A stretch of 63,914 bases of DNA, filler included, from Hyphochytrium catenoides (taxonomy: Eukaryota; Protista; Hyphochytriomycota), in assembly GCA_900088475.1 (NCBI GenBank). It is 9 parts of 9 records of this genome, joined end to end, with 100 filler letters (N's around TTAATTAATTAA, not from the genome) between each part and the next. Parts side by side here need not be neighbours in the genome. Positions count along the whole stretch, not along the records: positions 1 to 9,861 come from FLMG01002180.1; positions 9,962 to 11,696 come from FLMG01003937.1; positions 11,797 to 14,694 come from FLMG01003123.1; 6 more parts are not named here. One strand, written 5' to 3'. Positions 1-12,995 of this stretch are shown one piece after another. The notes beneath the pieces were generated by a model. That model was not told where the DNA came from. It did not search any database and worked only from the letters and a program-made list of their open reading frames with translations. The stretch's first letter is position 1; every line of letters starts with the position of its first letter. The translations under genes and the position numbers were made by a program.

Positions 1-59
1 AAATGACCGGGACAGAGAGGCAGAGGGAGAGAGTTCCTGCTAATATTCGAGCTCTTACA

Positions 60-470
60 TGCAAATCTCTCCCTTAGAGAAGGAGAAGAGGGAGGAGGAC
101 GCTTCAAAGGCGAGCGGAAGTGGTCCGAAATCTTCACAGGCGGAGAATAGACCATTGAGGGAGACTTCTGAGGGGAGTCTCTCTCTTCTCTGTCTCTCCC
201 TGGCAGCTGGGGAGATGGAAATGTGTTCTCCTTTGGCCTCTCTCCTTCTCTCTGATCTGCATCTGCTTCGTCCAGCATATCCACAGGGTCCAGAAGCCCT
301 TCTTGGCTAGGTCGTCGAGAGCGGCGGTGCCGTGATACGTTCATTTCTAGTCTTTCAGCGTCGTCTTTCCGATGCTTCTCTCGGTCTCTCTCTTTTCTCT
401 CTTTCTCTCTCTTTCTTGTTTGCTCGTGTAGCCGCCTCGCGCAGTTTGTCTTATCCAGGTCACAGCGTGC
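60..470 (-). CDS. Possible exon of a hypothetical low-complexity (charged, Pro/Ser-rich) protein running off the window start
   Basis: Stop-free minus frame (...RHRRSRRPSQEGLLDPVDMLDEAD...SPPVKISDHFRSPLKRPPPSSPSLRERFA) ending at a GTAAGA donor near 60; no recognisable domain. Confidence 0.3.
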
Positions 471-656
471 CTTTCACTGACTGTCTGAGAGTTTTGCTGC
501 GTCAGTTCTCTCTTCTCTTTCTCTTCGCAATATCACCAGTCTTGCCCACACTCTTCTACATTGCCGTTTCTCTACGGCAGCGTTAGATCTATTGAGTGCG
601 GTGCTGGTACAGTAGGACTAAGATTACCAAAGTGTCAAGAGAGAGAGAGAGGAAGC

Positions 657-690
<34 letters not shown>

Positions 691-736
691 AAGAGAGAAA
701 GAGAGAAAGAAAGAGNNNNNNNNNNNNNNNNNNNNN

Positions 737-772
<36 letters not shown>

Positions 773-1562
773 GGAGAGAAAGACATTTATGCTCTCCCCT
801 AATCCTACCTAAGGTTTCCCGCCAAATACCTGCATTTGGCGGGAACGGAGACATAGCGGTTAGCGGCTCCTCTTCCCCTTTGTCAAGATCTTGAAAGGGG
901 ACTGCGAGATAGTTCTACCTTCAGGAGGAGAGAGTCAGAAAGAGAGACAGAGAGGGGGAGACACAGAGAGAGACACAGAGAGAGAGACACAGAGAGAGAG
1001 AGACGCAGAGGGAAAGACAGAGAAAAACGACACAGAGACACAGAGAAAGAGACAGAGAGAGAAACGGAGGGAGAAAGAGCAGGAGAGCCCGCGCGAGAGA
1101 GAAAGCGAGAGACAAAGAGAAAGGCAGAGAGCAAGACAGAGCGACAGAGAGAGACAGAGAGAGAGGAAAGTTAATTACACGCGAGAGAGAGGTGGCGAAG
1201 ATAGAGACAGGACTAGAGAGACAGATGTAGGAGATAGGGCCAAGAGAGAGAGAGAGAGGCAGGATAAGAGTGACACACAGGGAGGGAGAGAGAGAGAGAG
1301 GCTGGAAAGAGAAACATCGTCTCTTATCTCCATGGTAGGAACCTGTCCAGAAACAGAAAAGATCCCAGGACAGACGAAAGAGACAGAAAGAGACAAAGCT
1401 CACAGTCCGGATGCATCGCCGTCAGACGGCACGCCCTGGAAGACCTGCAGTAAGGTAGCAGAGCAGCCCAGAGCCAAGAACAGAGAGAGAGAGAGAGACA
1501 GAGAAGAAAGAGAGAGAGAGAGAGAACGAGAGAAGGAAAGCTGAGCACGTGAAGAGAGAAAG

Positions 1563-2133
1563 ATGACGGGAGACTTGGCTGCTGCTGCTCTACAGAGCTC
1601 TCTCTCTGCAGGAGTGTCTTCCCGCGCTCTGCGCTGCTTGATTCCCTTCAACTCTTACGGGCAGTACTACATAGAAGCGATACAGAGACCGTGGACCAAG
1701 GAGAACCAGAACGGGTAGGTTGCCGATTCGTCAGTCTCTTTCACCGTCTCTCTCTTCTCTCTCTCTCCTTTTTTTCTCCCCCTCCCCACTCTCTCTCTCT
1801 CTCTCTGTCTCTCTTTACACCTGAGTCTCTCCTGGTCCATTGCTCATGTCGCACTTCGGGCGACGTAGCCAAATTGAATAGCGCGCTTGCCAATGACGGT
1901 CCTGTCCTCGCGATCTCACACTCTCTCGCTACATTGTCTCTCTCTCTGTGTTACACTCTCTGTGTGTGTCTCTCTCTCTCTACCTGTCTCTGTCCCTCTG
2001 ATTCCTTCTGTCTCTCTCTCTCTCTTTCTCTCTCTCCCTTACAGCCTAGTCTCACACTCTCTCAGACTACTTTCTCTCTCTCTCTCTCTCTCGTTTTCTC
2101 TCTCTCTCTCTTCTAAACTCCCTCTCTCTCTGA

Positions 2134-2164
<31 letters not shown>

Positions 2165-3824
2165 CTCTCTCCCTTATTTAGCTACATCAACCTCTGTATG
2201 GCAGAAAACTCTCTTCACGCTGTCGAGGTCCGGGATAAGCTAGAAATGGAAGGGAGAGACCCTCCTTCCTACGTCTCAGGCTATGTCCTGGGAGAAGGAA
2301 TTGAAAAACTGAGAGAAGAAGTAGCCAAGTTCCTGGAGAGGAAGTTCCTCCGAGGCGTGGGAGTGAGGAAAGAGGAACTTTATGTCACGAACGGGACGAC
2401 CACGCTCTTGGAGAATCTGGCTTATTGTCTCGCCGACGAAGTAAGGGCACGACGCAACACGTGTTTCCCTCTTCTGTCTCTTTCTCTCTCTCGCGCTCTC
2501 ACTCGCTCTTCTCTCTCTCTCTCTTACCCTCTCTCTCACGCTCTTTTTGCCTTTCTCTCTCGTTCTTTCTATCTATCTCTCTCTCTTTCTCTCTCTTTTT
2601 TCATTCTCTCTCTTTTTTCTTTCTCTCTCTTTTCTTTCTCTCTCTCTCTCTCTCTTGTGTTTCTAGTTCTCTCTTTCAGTCTGGCTGCGTGTCTCTTTCT
2701 GACACTTTCTCTTTCATTATATGTATATAGCTCACGGTAGACCTCTTGACTTCCATCTATTTCCATTCTGTCTCTGTCCGAGCTCGCGTGTAGCTCCAGC
2801 TCCAACGCATCTAAACTAACTCTCCTTTTCTCTTCCTCTCTCATCTTCTCTCTCTCTCTCTCTCTCTTCGCTGCCTTCCCTATCTTCTCCCTCCCTGCCT
2901 AGGGCGAAGGGATCTTAGCTCCTGCGCCGTTCTACTGCGCCTTTACTCGGGATCTACAGGCTCGGGCGGCGTGCGTCCTTCTCCCTGTGCCCGAACCAGA
3001 CGGGTCTCTCTTGCCATCTGTCGCCTCACTCAAGGTAGAGACACGGCTCTCTCTCGCTTTTTACCGGTTTTCTTAGCTTTCTGTGACACTGTCTTCGGGA
3101 TGACTATCTGTCAATGTTTCTGGCGCGAGAGAGAGTAGGAAAGATAACGATAGCAAACGGGGGACTGAAGGGAAGAGAGACAGGCAGAAAAGAAAAAGAG
3201 GAAGAGAGAAAGAGAAACAGAGGGGAGGATGGCCTTCGTAATAGGAAGAAGATGGCCCCATTAGCTACCGTTCCCAAATCTCGCCCTTTCTTTCCTTCGT
3301 TTTACGACCTCTCTCTCTCTCTCTCTCTCTTTCTGTGTCTCTGTCTGTCTCTCTCTCTCTCTCTACATCTCTTTACCCGATCGCTCTTTCTTAGTGAGCC
3401 GGTGCGCTACTAACTCTCCTCCTCTCCGTCTGCCTACCATTTTGCACCTTACCAAGGCAGCAAAGAAAGATGCAGAAGAGAGAAGCATCCCTGTCCGGGT
3501 CCTTCTCCTGACGAATCCACACAATCCCACAGGCTTCGTACTCCCTGAGGAGAGACTGGCGGAGCTCCTGCTCTGGGCGATCAAAGAAGGACTTCACGTC
3601 ATCTCAGACGAAATATACGCAAAGTCTCTCTTCTCTCCGCCCTCGTCTGTCCCCTTAGCTCCCTTTGTCAGCGCTGTCCGCGTCGCGCAAACGCTAGTGA
3701 GCGAGGGGAAGTTAGGAGAGAGAGAAGTCGCAGAGTCTCTCCATCTGCTCTACGGGATGAGCAAGGACTTCTGTATGAATGGCTATAGAGTTGGTTTCTT
3801 ATGGACACGCNNNNNNNNNNNNNN

Positions 3825-3859
<35 letters not shown>

Positions 3860-4593
3860 TCTCTCTGTGTGTGTGTGTCTGTCTCTTTCTCTTTCTCTGT
3901 CTTTTCTGTCTCCCTCTGTCTCTTCTCCCTCTCCTTCTCTCGCTTTGCTCCCTTCTGTCTCTCTCAATCCTTCTCTCTTTTCTTACTCAGCTCAAATATT
4001 TCCGTACGTCTGTCTCCTGCCATTTCTCTAGTTTTCTCCCTCTCGCTCGCGTTTTCTCCCTCTCGCTGGCGCTCTCTCCCTTTCGTTAGCTATCGCTCGG
4101 TCGCGCTCTCTCTCTCTCTCTCCTCTTCGCTTTGTCTCCTTTCTAGCTAACTCCGCTCCACTATAGATCCCTATTCTTAGTTTCTGATTGCTGTTGTTTT
4201 CTAGGTCTTCTAGCAGATGAGCAATGGGTAGACGCCTATCTGGAGAGAAATTCTCGGTCTCTTCTTTCAGCTTATCTGACGCTTACCCAGGGATTAGAGA
4301 AGCACGGCATCCCTTTCCTGCCTGTGGGAGCAGGAATGTTTGTCTGGGTAGACCTGCGGAAACTTCTCTCCTCTCCATCCTCATCCTCTGATGCTCTGCC
4401 AGGGAAAGAAGAGGAAATGGAGCTCTTCCATAGGCTGAGAGAAGAATGCAAAGTTCTTGTTGCTCCTGGAAGTGACAGCGGCCATCCGATCGCTGGTTTC
4501 TTCCGCTTCTGTTTTGCTGCTTGCAGTCCTGAAGCACTGTCAGAAGCTGTGGACAGGATAGGACAGTTATGGGCTAGTGCTAAAGCCTCGTAA
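1563..4593 (+). CDS. ACC synthase-like PLP-dependent aminotransferase class I/II (multi-exon)
   Basis: Exons ~1563-1714, 2182-2440, 2903-3034, 3457->3810 (N gap, probably hiding a short coding stretch), 4205-4593. Motifs NQNGYINLCMAEN, APAPFY, LTNPHNPTG, VISDEIYA, PLP-lysine GMSKDFCMNGYRVG, AGMFVWVDLR and GFFRFCFA match ACS-family boxes. Confidence 0.88.
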
Positions 4594-5009
4594 GACTGTG
4601 GGTCTCTCAGTGAGAGGAAGATTAAAAGCCCGCGGCCAAGAGAGGAGAGCGCGAACGGAGAGTCTAGGATGGCGCAGAGGTGTCGACTCTGCGGCCAACA
4701 AATGAAGCTCCGCTCGCTTTTAAGAATAGTTCTTAAGAGGGGCACCAGAGCCCTTGTTGGATGTAGAGAGACACGGTGTGTAGGAGGCGGAGAGGGAGAG
4801 AGAGAGAGAGAAAAAGAGGGAGTCTAGAGAGGTAGCCAAGAGAAAGATGGGTAGAAGAGAGAGAAGAAGAAGCTGAGCGATCCAAGCCCATATATATATA
4901 ATCTACTGACGTGACATTGTACATATAGTAAGACCAGTGTGGTCCTGATAATGTCATTTATCTAGCTATGAATTCCCTTTCTCTCTCGCTCAGTGTCTCT
5001 CTCTCTCTC

Positions 5010-5080
5010 TCTCTCTTCCCCATGTGTCTCTCTTTCTTCCCCATGTGTCTCTCTTTCTTCCCCATGTGTCTCTCTTTCTT
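5010..5080. repeat. Short tandem repeat, ~22-bp unit (tctctctttcttccccatgtg-like) x3
   Basis: Directly visible tandem copies just downstream of the ArgRS stop. Confidence 0.7.
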
Positions 5081-5103
5081 TGGTATCACCTCCCGTTAGG
5101 TTC

Positions 5104-8100
5104 TTAGATCTGCATCAGGTATGTGATACCAAGAAGCGTGAAGCATTGGCGCATAACTCTGGCGGTAGTTTCGCAAAGAAGAATGCGACTCTCCTGCTCT
5201 TCTGAGCCAATGACACGGCACGCAGTGACGAAGGCGCCGACCTAGAGCAGCAAAGCGAGGCGATAGCCGCCAAGAGAAAGAGAGGCAGAGGGGTTAGCTA
5301 TCCAGTCGAGCGTAGAAAGCAGCTATTACCCTTCTTCTGCTGTCTTCCCTTTCCTCACTTCTTTCAGCTTGTCCGCGCCCCATATACGCACAACTCCCTT
5401 TCTCTGCTCTTTGTCTATTCTAACACTTACTCCTTTGTCTCGATCCTTTCTCTTTCCTATTTTGTCCTTTCTCTTTCTCTCGTATGTTCTTAGCTTTACT
5501 CGCAGAAGCTCCTCTCTCTCCTCTTACCTTCTCTGAGAGCTTGTAGAGGTAGTCACAGAGTACATTGGGCTGCAAGCTCTTAACCATCTGAGTCAGTGTG
5601 TCCTGGAAGGCAATGAGGTCACAAGCCAGGGCCCTCTCTGAAGGATGGGTGAGAACGATCTTTCCTCCTTTCTTCATCACTTCCTCAACGTTTACGCCTG
5701 ACTTCCTAATGATGGACGATATGCGAGCATGCGCAAAGAGAAGGTACACAGCCTGCAAACGTATGGACGTCGAACAGCATCAGCCATTGTTGCGGGTTTT
5801 AGTGGTTAGGAGCAAAGAGGTATCTCCAATGGCAATGACGGCGCAAGGAGAACAAAATGCCATTCCAACTCTCAAACAAGAAATAGGACCAGCGAGACGT
5901 GCGACCATACGTCCTGTCTCTCTCTCTACTCCCCACGTTGTGCTCTAATCCCTGATGCTGCCTAGACCAAGCTTACTGCCTTTACCCTTTACTTACCGTG
6001 TCGCCGCTGGTGCTAAGCATTCGGTCAAAGCTAAAGATATAGTTGCTCTGAGGGTTCTGTCTCAAGTCAAAGTACTTCACGGCTCCGTAGCCAATCGCTT
6101 CTGCCGCCTCGTCTATCTCAGAAAGAGAGAGAGAACTCTGACCGCTCTTCACTCTTTCCTCCAGATTCTCCCTCATCCTATTCTTGGCTTCATCCAGTAG
6201 ATCCACGAGACGTACCGTCTCCCCGCTTCTCGTCTTGAACTTCTTACCATCAGGTCCGCATACCAAACCAAATCCTATGTGGTCCACCTTGTTCTTCCCA
6301 TCTTCTAAGAATCCTGCTAGCTTTGCCGCTCTAAAGACAGTGTCAAAGTGGCTCCACTGTCCTGCATCCGTGATATAGATCACCCATTCTCTCTCTAAGG
6401 TTATTAAACGATGGTAGATTGCTGCCATATCCGTAGAGCCATAGCCAAAGCCTCCATCCCTCTTCTGGACCATAAGAGGAACCTTCAGTCCGGGTACAAA
6501 GACCACTCTGGCGCCATCACTTACTTCCACCATCCCTTTGTCCTCTAACATTTTGATAACACCAGGGATGATGGGGTTATAGTAGGACTCTCCATATTCT
6601 TCAAGTGTGACATTCAGCCGATTGTAGACCTTGCTGAACTCTTTCCTGCTAAGGTCACAAAGGATTGTCCAGAGCTCGCGAGAGAGAGGATCTCCACCCT
6701 GGAGAGCCACGACTTGCAGCTGACTTCGCTTCTTGAACTCTGCATCATCATCGAACCTCTTCTTTGCCTCCTTATAGAACTGCGTCAAGTCAGTAATGTT
6801 TGGAGGATTGTTCTTGAAATCTGGGAATGTCTCCATGAGGTGGACAATGAGCATGCCAAACTGAGTGCCCCAGTCACCGATGTGGTTGACTCGCATAACA
6901 TCGTGCCCACAAAACTCTAACAATCTAGAGAGTAAGAGGAAAGAATGTGAGAGAGGCCTAAAGAAAAAGCAATGCCAGAGAAATGCTAGCAGAACGCAGC
7001 CGCAGCCGTCATACTCGGCTAATAGATCAGTTAAGAAAGACCAGAACAACAAGCAGTGACTGTTGAGGAGGTGCGAAAAGAGGCTGACCCCTCAGCCTAG
7101 CACATCTTTATAAATAAGACGAGAGCTCAGTGGCTACGAAGCCCAAGGGCGACTAGCTTCTTGTCTATTGATAGAGCCAGAGACAGACACGGATAAAAAG
7201 TCGAGATAGACAGCAGCACACGTGGCTCTTCATGAGCAGAGGTCTAGACTGGCCAACAGGAAGAAAAGGAAGGGAGCAGCACCAATAGACAAGACGCTTT
7301 CGCATCTTTATCATCCAACTGCTATCCCTCCCGCACCTTTCCTTACCTGCAGATTGACTCTCCAATGATGGTGGAGCGCAGATGACCCACATGCATCTCC
7401 TTTGCCACATTAGGCGACGAGAAGTCCACTAGAATGTTCATCTTTCTCACCTGCAACACAGGGACGACGCCCAAGAGGGGATCAGATGATAGAGTTTGAA
7501 ACAAGAAGGCTTACTTCCTTACCTGTGGAGGGCGGACACCGTTCTTGAGTATCGACAAGCACCGATCAGCCAAGAACTGGGTACTAAGATGGCAGTTGAT
7601 GAAGCCTGGACCTGCCACCTCTAGCTTTTCAAAGAGGTTCTTCGAAGGAAGATGGTCAATGATGGCCTGGCCAAGGGCAGCAGGAGATCGAGGCAAGTCT
7701 TTCTCTCCCTTTAGAGCCTTAAAGAGCTGCATAGCAGAGTTGCACTGATACTCTCCAAAGGCAGGGTTGGTGGAGCGGGTGACGGCTGCCGTCTGGAAGC
7801 CTTTCTCTTTAGCACTAGGAAACGCGGACAGTACAGCCATAGTAAAGAGCTGAACCAAGGCATCAATCAGGGAATCAGCAGAGTCGCTGTCACCTGCTGC
7901 TGTGCCAGAAAGAGAGGAAGAAGAGGGAGACGGAGCAGCCGCGGAGGCCGAGCACAGATTAAGGCCGTCCTTGAACGCTTGCTCCTCGTTAAAGAGACGC
8001 GCGGTATAGCTTCGTACTTTCTCAAGAGGGACTGAGTCTTGGACATACTTTAGCGCTTCTTGTGCCGTGACGCCGACCACGATGTCCGCGAGAGAGAGAG

Positions 8101-8467
8101 AAGAAGAGAGAAGATAGTTGCCCTCTAGAGCTTCGTTTAGGTGTAAAAGAGCGGAGACGAGAGAAGGGACCTTCGTCTTGTCTTTCTTAGCCTGTGAGAG
8201 TGCTGGGGAGAGCGCATTGTCCTCCCACTCTATCCATTGATCGACAGCTAACTCGCTGACAGCTAACTTCTCACTAGAGTATGCCAGGTAGCGGCTGATC
8301 GTGTTGGCGCCAAAGATAGTCTCATTTCCAACAGAAATGTATGGAGTTAGAGCACAGATGCCCTCGGCCTTGTCCGCCTGCGACGTCTGAAGCTTGAGGC
8401 CCACCGCGGATGCCGTGATATGGCACTTGAGGGCCTCCTCAGGATGAGAAACGTGGACCTTCTCCAT
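5104..8467 (-). CDS. RARS: Cytosolic arginyl-tRNA synthetase with N-terminal GST-like domain
   Basis: Exons 8467-7523, 7450-7347, 6924-5997, 5752-5528, 5241-5104. HIGH motif [68 protein letters not shown]-terminal SRILLCE...LLGI. First ~170 aa are GST-like ([29 protein letters not shown]). Confidence 0.96.
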
Positions 8468-8748
8468 TGATCTCTGGCAAGTTGATCCCTTGATAGACCT
8501 AAGCTGTTGCTCCTGATGTGTCGCTTCTCGAGCCGTCTCGTGGACGGAGGAAGAGATAGTCTGAAGCTAAGAGATCGGATGTGGAAGTAGGAAGCAGGGA
8601 GATGGAAGTGAAGCTTGTGAGGACAACAGGAAAGAGAGAGTGGAAGACAGAGGAGGTAGAAGAGAAAGAGGGGCGAGGATAGACGGAAGAAAAGAGAGAG
8701 AGCGGGAGATGGTCAAACAGGAGCTGAGAGATAAGAAGAGAGGGAAAC

Positions 8749-8783
<35 letters not shown>

Positions 8784-8983
8784 GAGAGACAGAGAGAGAG
8801 AGAGAGACAGAGAGAGAGATAAGACAGTGAACAAGGATGATTGAGGCTGATGGCACAGCCATCAAACTCTTTCTTGGCCGTTAGCGGGTTGTCACCCCAA
8901 TTCTAATTCTTGTGTGCGCATCTGCACACCTCCCCCAGGAGCATAAGTTGAAAGGACACACCAGAAGCCAGATTTTCGCCCAG

Positions 8984-9032
<49 letters not shown>

Positions 9033-9861
9033 CGCCCTCTCTCTCTCTCTCTCTGTTTCTCTCCCTCTCTCTCCTTTCCCTTCTCTTTGCTACCTCCTTT
9101 CTACTCGTACCTCCTCCTTGCTAACCTTCCTCGCTCGCGTTGGCCTGGTCTTTCTCCTTCAGTCATCGTTCGCCTGTGCATCTGCTTATCGGACTGGTTT
9201 GTCGTCAATGTATAGCCATTGACAGTGCATCCTCTGGCGTACTGGGGAGGCAGGCATTGCTGAAGAGAAAGGCCCACACATCCGCCTTTTCTTTCCTTTC
9301 GGCACCTCGTTGTCTCTCAGTCTCTCTCTTCTTCTCTTTATCTCTCTCTCTCTTCTCCGGCGCCGTCTTCTGTCTAGCTCCAGCTAGCCTTGGATCTTCA
9401 ATGGTATGGGCCTTATGTCCTCAGCTGTCGGCCCCTTGGCTTAGCTGGCCCGCGAGGGAGAGGTAGTTCACCTTTCTCACATAATTTGGTCCTTATGGCT
9501 TCGCTGTCCTAGTAGGCTGCACTTGCCCCTCTCTCTCTCTCTTTCTCTCTCTCTCCTTTCTTTTGCTCATCTCTTTCTCTCTCTCCCGCTTAGTCCTGCT
9601 TGCACGATCTCTCCTGCTGGTCCTATTGCTTTGTCCCTCTGTTTCTTTCTAAGTTTACCGCTGGCTGACGAGTCTCTATCCTGACTTCTCTCCTGTCTGA
9701 GGGGAAGGATCTGACTGTCCTTATTGGCTTTTCTCTTCCTATCTCTGTTCGACGGTGGTCTCCTTCTCTCTGCCTCATTCCCACGTCCCTGTCTTCCTCT
9801 CTTGCCCACTATCTCGCGCTGTCTTCCCCTGTCTCTCTCTCACCCTCTCTCTCTCTCCCCC

Positions 9862-9961
9862 NNNNNNNNNNNNNNNNNNNNNNNNNNNNNNNNNNNNNNN
9901 NNNNNTTAATTAATTAANNNNNNNNNNNNNNNNNNNNNNNNNNNNNNNNNNNNNNNNNNNN
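9862..9961. other. Artificial contig spacer N-TTAATTAATTAA-N; also at 11697-11796, 14695-14794, 39792-39891, 54705-54804, 56186-56285, 58331-58430, 62045-62144
   Basis: Identical 100-nt cassette of Ns with a core giving stops in all six frames; interrupts genes mid-exon. Confidence 0.97.
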
Positions 9962-11696
9962 TCTGACTGAGATCTCTGCCTGGATTTTACCTCCTGAAAG
10001 CTTGGTGAGTGAAGAGAACTGCGCGGATTTGAGGACTCCAAGATGTAGCCGTAGCTCTCCACCTCTTGGCTTCATCCTGCCTATCTCCCTCGGGACGTCA
10101 CTCCCAAAGTTAGCAACGGAAGAGCTGCCTACGTGGCCCTGTCTTGCGCCATCCGTCCACTGCCGTCTAAGTGGCTGAAAGACCACTTGTACCTTCAGCT
10201 GAGCGACTAATGTCTTTTCTCTGCCCTTATCTCCTCCTTGCGCCATTTTGTCGAGATGCTCAAGGAGGCTATCAGAATAGAGCGGGAGTACCAGACTTGC
10301 TTCCTGCCCAGGAAAGAAGATGAATGGAGAAACATGAAGCACCCCTCGTCCTATCACTTCGTCTCTGAGAATCCGAGGCGAGACCAGGACATACTCTAGA
10401 TAGGGTACAGCTTCCTTCACTTCTTCGCTATTGTCTCCTCCTTGATGTCCTGCGGGCTTCCAGCAGACCTTCGAAGAGAAGCTCTCTTTCCAAGTGATCA
10501 CGCCTCCCGCACCATCCTTACCTCCTAGGAAAGGGAGAAGTGAAGTAGTCCATGCAGAATTGAGAGTGGAACCGATGAGAAGTCTCAACTCAAGCCTTAG
10601 CTCGCGGCCGCGTTCAATAGCGTTGGGCGAGAAGTCCCTTGCCTCAAGACTGGAGAGGATGAACGTGCCAGGGCCGGGAGTGGAAGTGTATGGAGAACGC
10701 TTTTGCTTCTGCTCCTTCTCCAGGAATCTCACGAGGGTTGTTTCTCCCTTCTTCTTCTCTTCGCCATCTTCATCCACGTTCGTTGACAGAACAAACCGAA
10801 GATCCACTGTCAGCTGAACTGACTCTCCTGTGGGAGACTACGAAGTTCCCCGAACGCAATGGGCAGGGAGAAGGTAGAAGTTTAATAAAAGGCGTTAGAC
10901 AAAATGGCTCAAAGACAATGTGTAAGAGAGATATTCTGGGAGAGGATGCGTCTGCAGTAGAAGGTGAAGACAGAGAGATATTCTAACGACCAGAACGCTG
11001 GCTATGAGAAGGGACAGGAAGGGTATAAGGCCGGAGACACAGAGTAGGCGAACAACTACCCAGGGAGAGAGCACTAGATACGGAGACCAATAAGCTGAAG
11101 GTTATCCCTCGCATCGCAGTAAGACCGGAAGACTCTTGGTGGCTAGGTCTCCCTAAGGCTCATACCTTTCTTTGCAGTTCTATAACTCTCCTTGTCATTT
11201 CTTCCTCTTCCTCCTTGCAGCAGGGAACAGACGAGAGAGCTAGCTGGCCAGAAGCTAGCAGCTCATCCATCAGCCTGCACTCATCTGCGGAGCGGTGGCC
11301 AGTAGTGAGCTGCCTGACTTACAAAGTGCTAGTCAGAGGAACTTGGAAAGATAAACAGCGAAGTTCACCTTACCATACAGGGAGAACTCCACTAGAGCAG
11401 TAGTAGGAATCTCTTCAAAGAGGAAAGATTCGGACCAGCGAGGAGAAGTGGGGATTTGGACGCGAGTCTTCGATTGGAGCTTCCGACCTCCCGTGGCGGT
11501 AGTGGACAGGGCGATGTACGGCTTAAAGACTCCGATCTGTAAGGGCCGTGGCTTTAGCTTAGAGCAACTGAGGACAGTGACGTAGAGCGTGCCCAGCGTC
11601 ATCTTTTCAGAGCTTTTTGGTGGCCCTTTCTCCGTCTCTTCATCTTTGCCTCCACCCCAAGCGGATGGCAAGAGCGAGGATAGAAACCCTGACGTC
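9962..11696 (-). CDS. Internal fragment of a multi-C2-domain protein (truncated at both spacers)
   Basis: LGTLYVTVLSCSKLKPR...KPYIALST...KTRVQ...SPRWSESFLF...VEFSLY is C2-like. A second degenerate C2 lies in 10807-9962 (GTFILSSLEARD...ITWKESFS...DEVIGRGVL...LKVQVVFQP). GT-AG boundaries near 11370 and 11166. Confidence 0.65.
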
Positions 11697-11796
11697 NNNN
11701 NNNNNNNNNNNNNNNNNNNNNNNNNNNNNNNNNNNNNNNNTTAATTAATTAANNNNNNNNNNNNNNNNNNNNNNNNNNNNNNNNNNNNNNNNNNNN

Positions 11797-12856
11797 GCAT
11801 ATCGATGTGTTTGTGGATGTAACTACCCTGGCTGGAGCTGACCCTTCACATAGGAAGATCTTTGTTCGCGGCCTAGGTTGGGAGTGCAAGCAAGAGCAGC
11901 TTGAGGAGTGCTTTGGGCAGTTTGGTGAGGTTGAGGAAGCTGTCATTGTCACGGACAAGACCACAGGAAAGTCCAAGGGCTACGGCTTCGTCACATTTAA
12001 AGACATCGACGCGACGTATAGGGCTTTAGAGGAACCAGCAAAGGAGATCAATGTAAGGCCAGCAAAGAACTTCTATATGATCGGTAGAAGTTTTCTTATC
12101 CTTTGTGGTTTGCAGGGACGCAAGACGTATTGCAACCTAGCTGTCCTAGGGGCTGGCTCACAGGGTGCGGCTTCAGCCAACGATCTTGCCTCCCGTAAGG
12201 TGTTTGTGCGTGGGCTCTCTTTTGACACTGTGAAGGAGACGTTGCAAGGCATCTTTGAGCCTTTCGGTGAGATTGAGGATGTTTCACTTCCAATTGATAA
12301 GATCACAGGCAAGAACCGTGGATATGCTTTCATCACGTATGCAAAAGCTGCGTCTGCACAAAAATGCCTTCAGCAGCCTCAAGTCACTATCGATGTAAGG
12401 ACAGCGATTACGCTCTGCTTGATGCTTGACGGTTGCTAATTACTTGGGCAGGACCGAGTTTGCCACTGCAACCTCTCTGAGCGCACACAGAAGTCTAGCA
12501 CGAGCACAACTCCAACGCCAGCCGTAGTGACACCCGCGCTCGCGACTCAATTCCGCGCTCCTGTGCCCCAGCCAACCTTTGCAATGGGCGCCCAGTCTTA
12601 CATGACCCCAACCGCCGCTGCTGGCTACGGAGTAACAGCTGATCAAATGGCTGCATATGCAGCATATGGAGGATATGATATGTCCATGGCTAGCCAATAC
12701 GGCTACGGCTATGGCACCCAGGCTTATCCTGCGACAAGCTATATGGGAACAGCAGCGACAACAGGTACCACGGCAAGGACGGACTATACCGCTCAGACGC
12801 AGCAACAACAGCAACAACAACAGCAGCAACAGGCTGCCAAGCGCTACCGTACTTAA
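11797..12856 (+). CDS. Two-RRM RNA-binding protein (UBP1-associated protein 2 / hnRNP-like), 5' truncated
   Basis: Exons <11797-12052, 12116-12394, 12452-12856. RNP2 KIFVRGL and KVFVRGL, RNP1 KGYGFVTF and RGYAFITY, DPSHRKIFV N-cap as in UBA2, Tyr/Gly/Ala/Gln-rich tail ending KRYRT. Confidence 0.9.
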
Positions 12857-12995
12857 CTCTTGCGGCAGTAGCTTAGAAGAGAAGCCGGGGGATCGGTGAG
12901 CTCTACCCTTACGTTCCACTTTACATCGTCATTTAATGTTATAAATAGAGCTAGCCGGCCCGTTCCCATATTACTGCGACATAGTGGTGTTGTCC

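Noticed and set aside
561-1544. Numerous SLSLSL / RERERE ORFs here and across the window
   Set aside because: Translations of (CT)n/(GA)n microsatellites, which lack stops in most frames; many lie inside introns of real genes.
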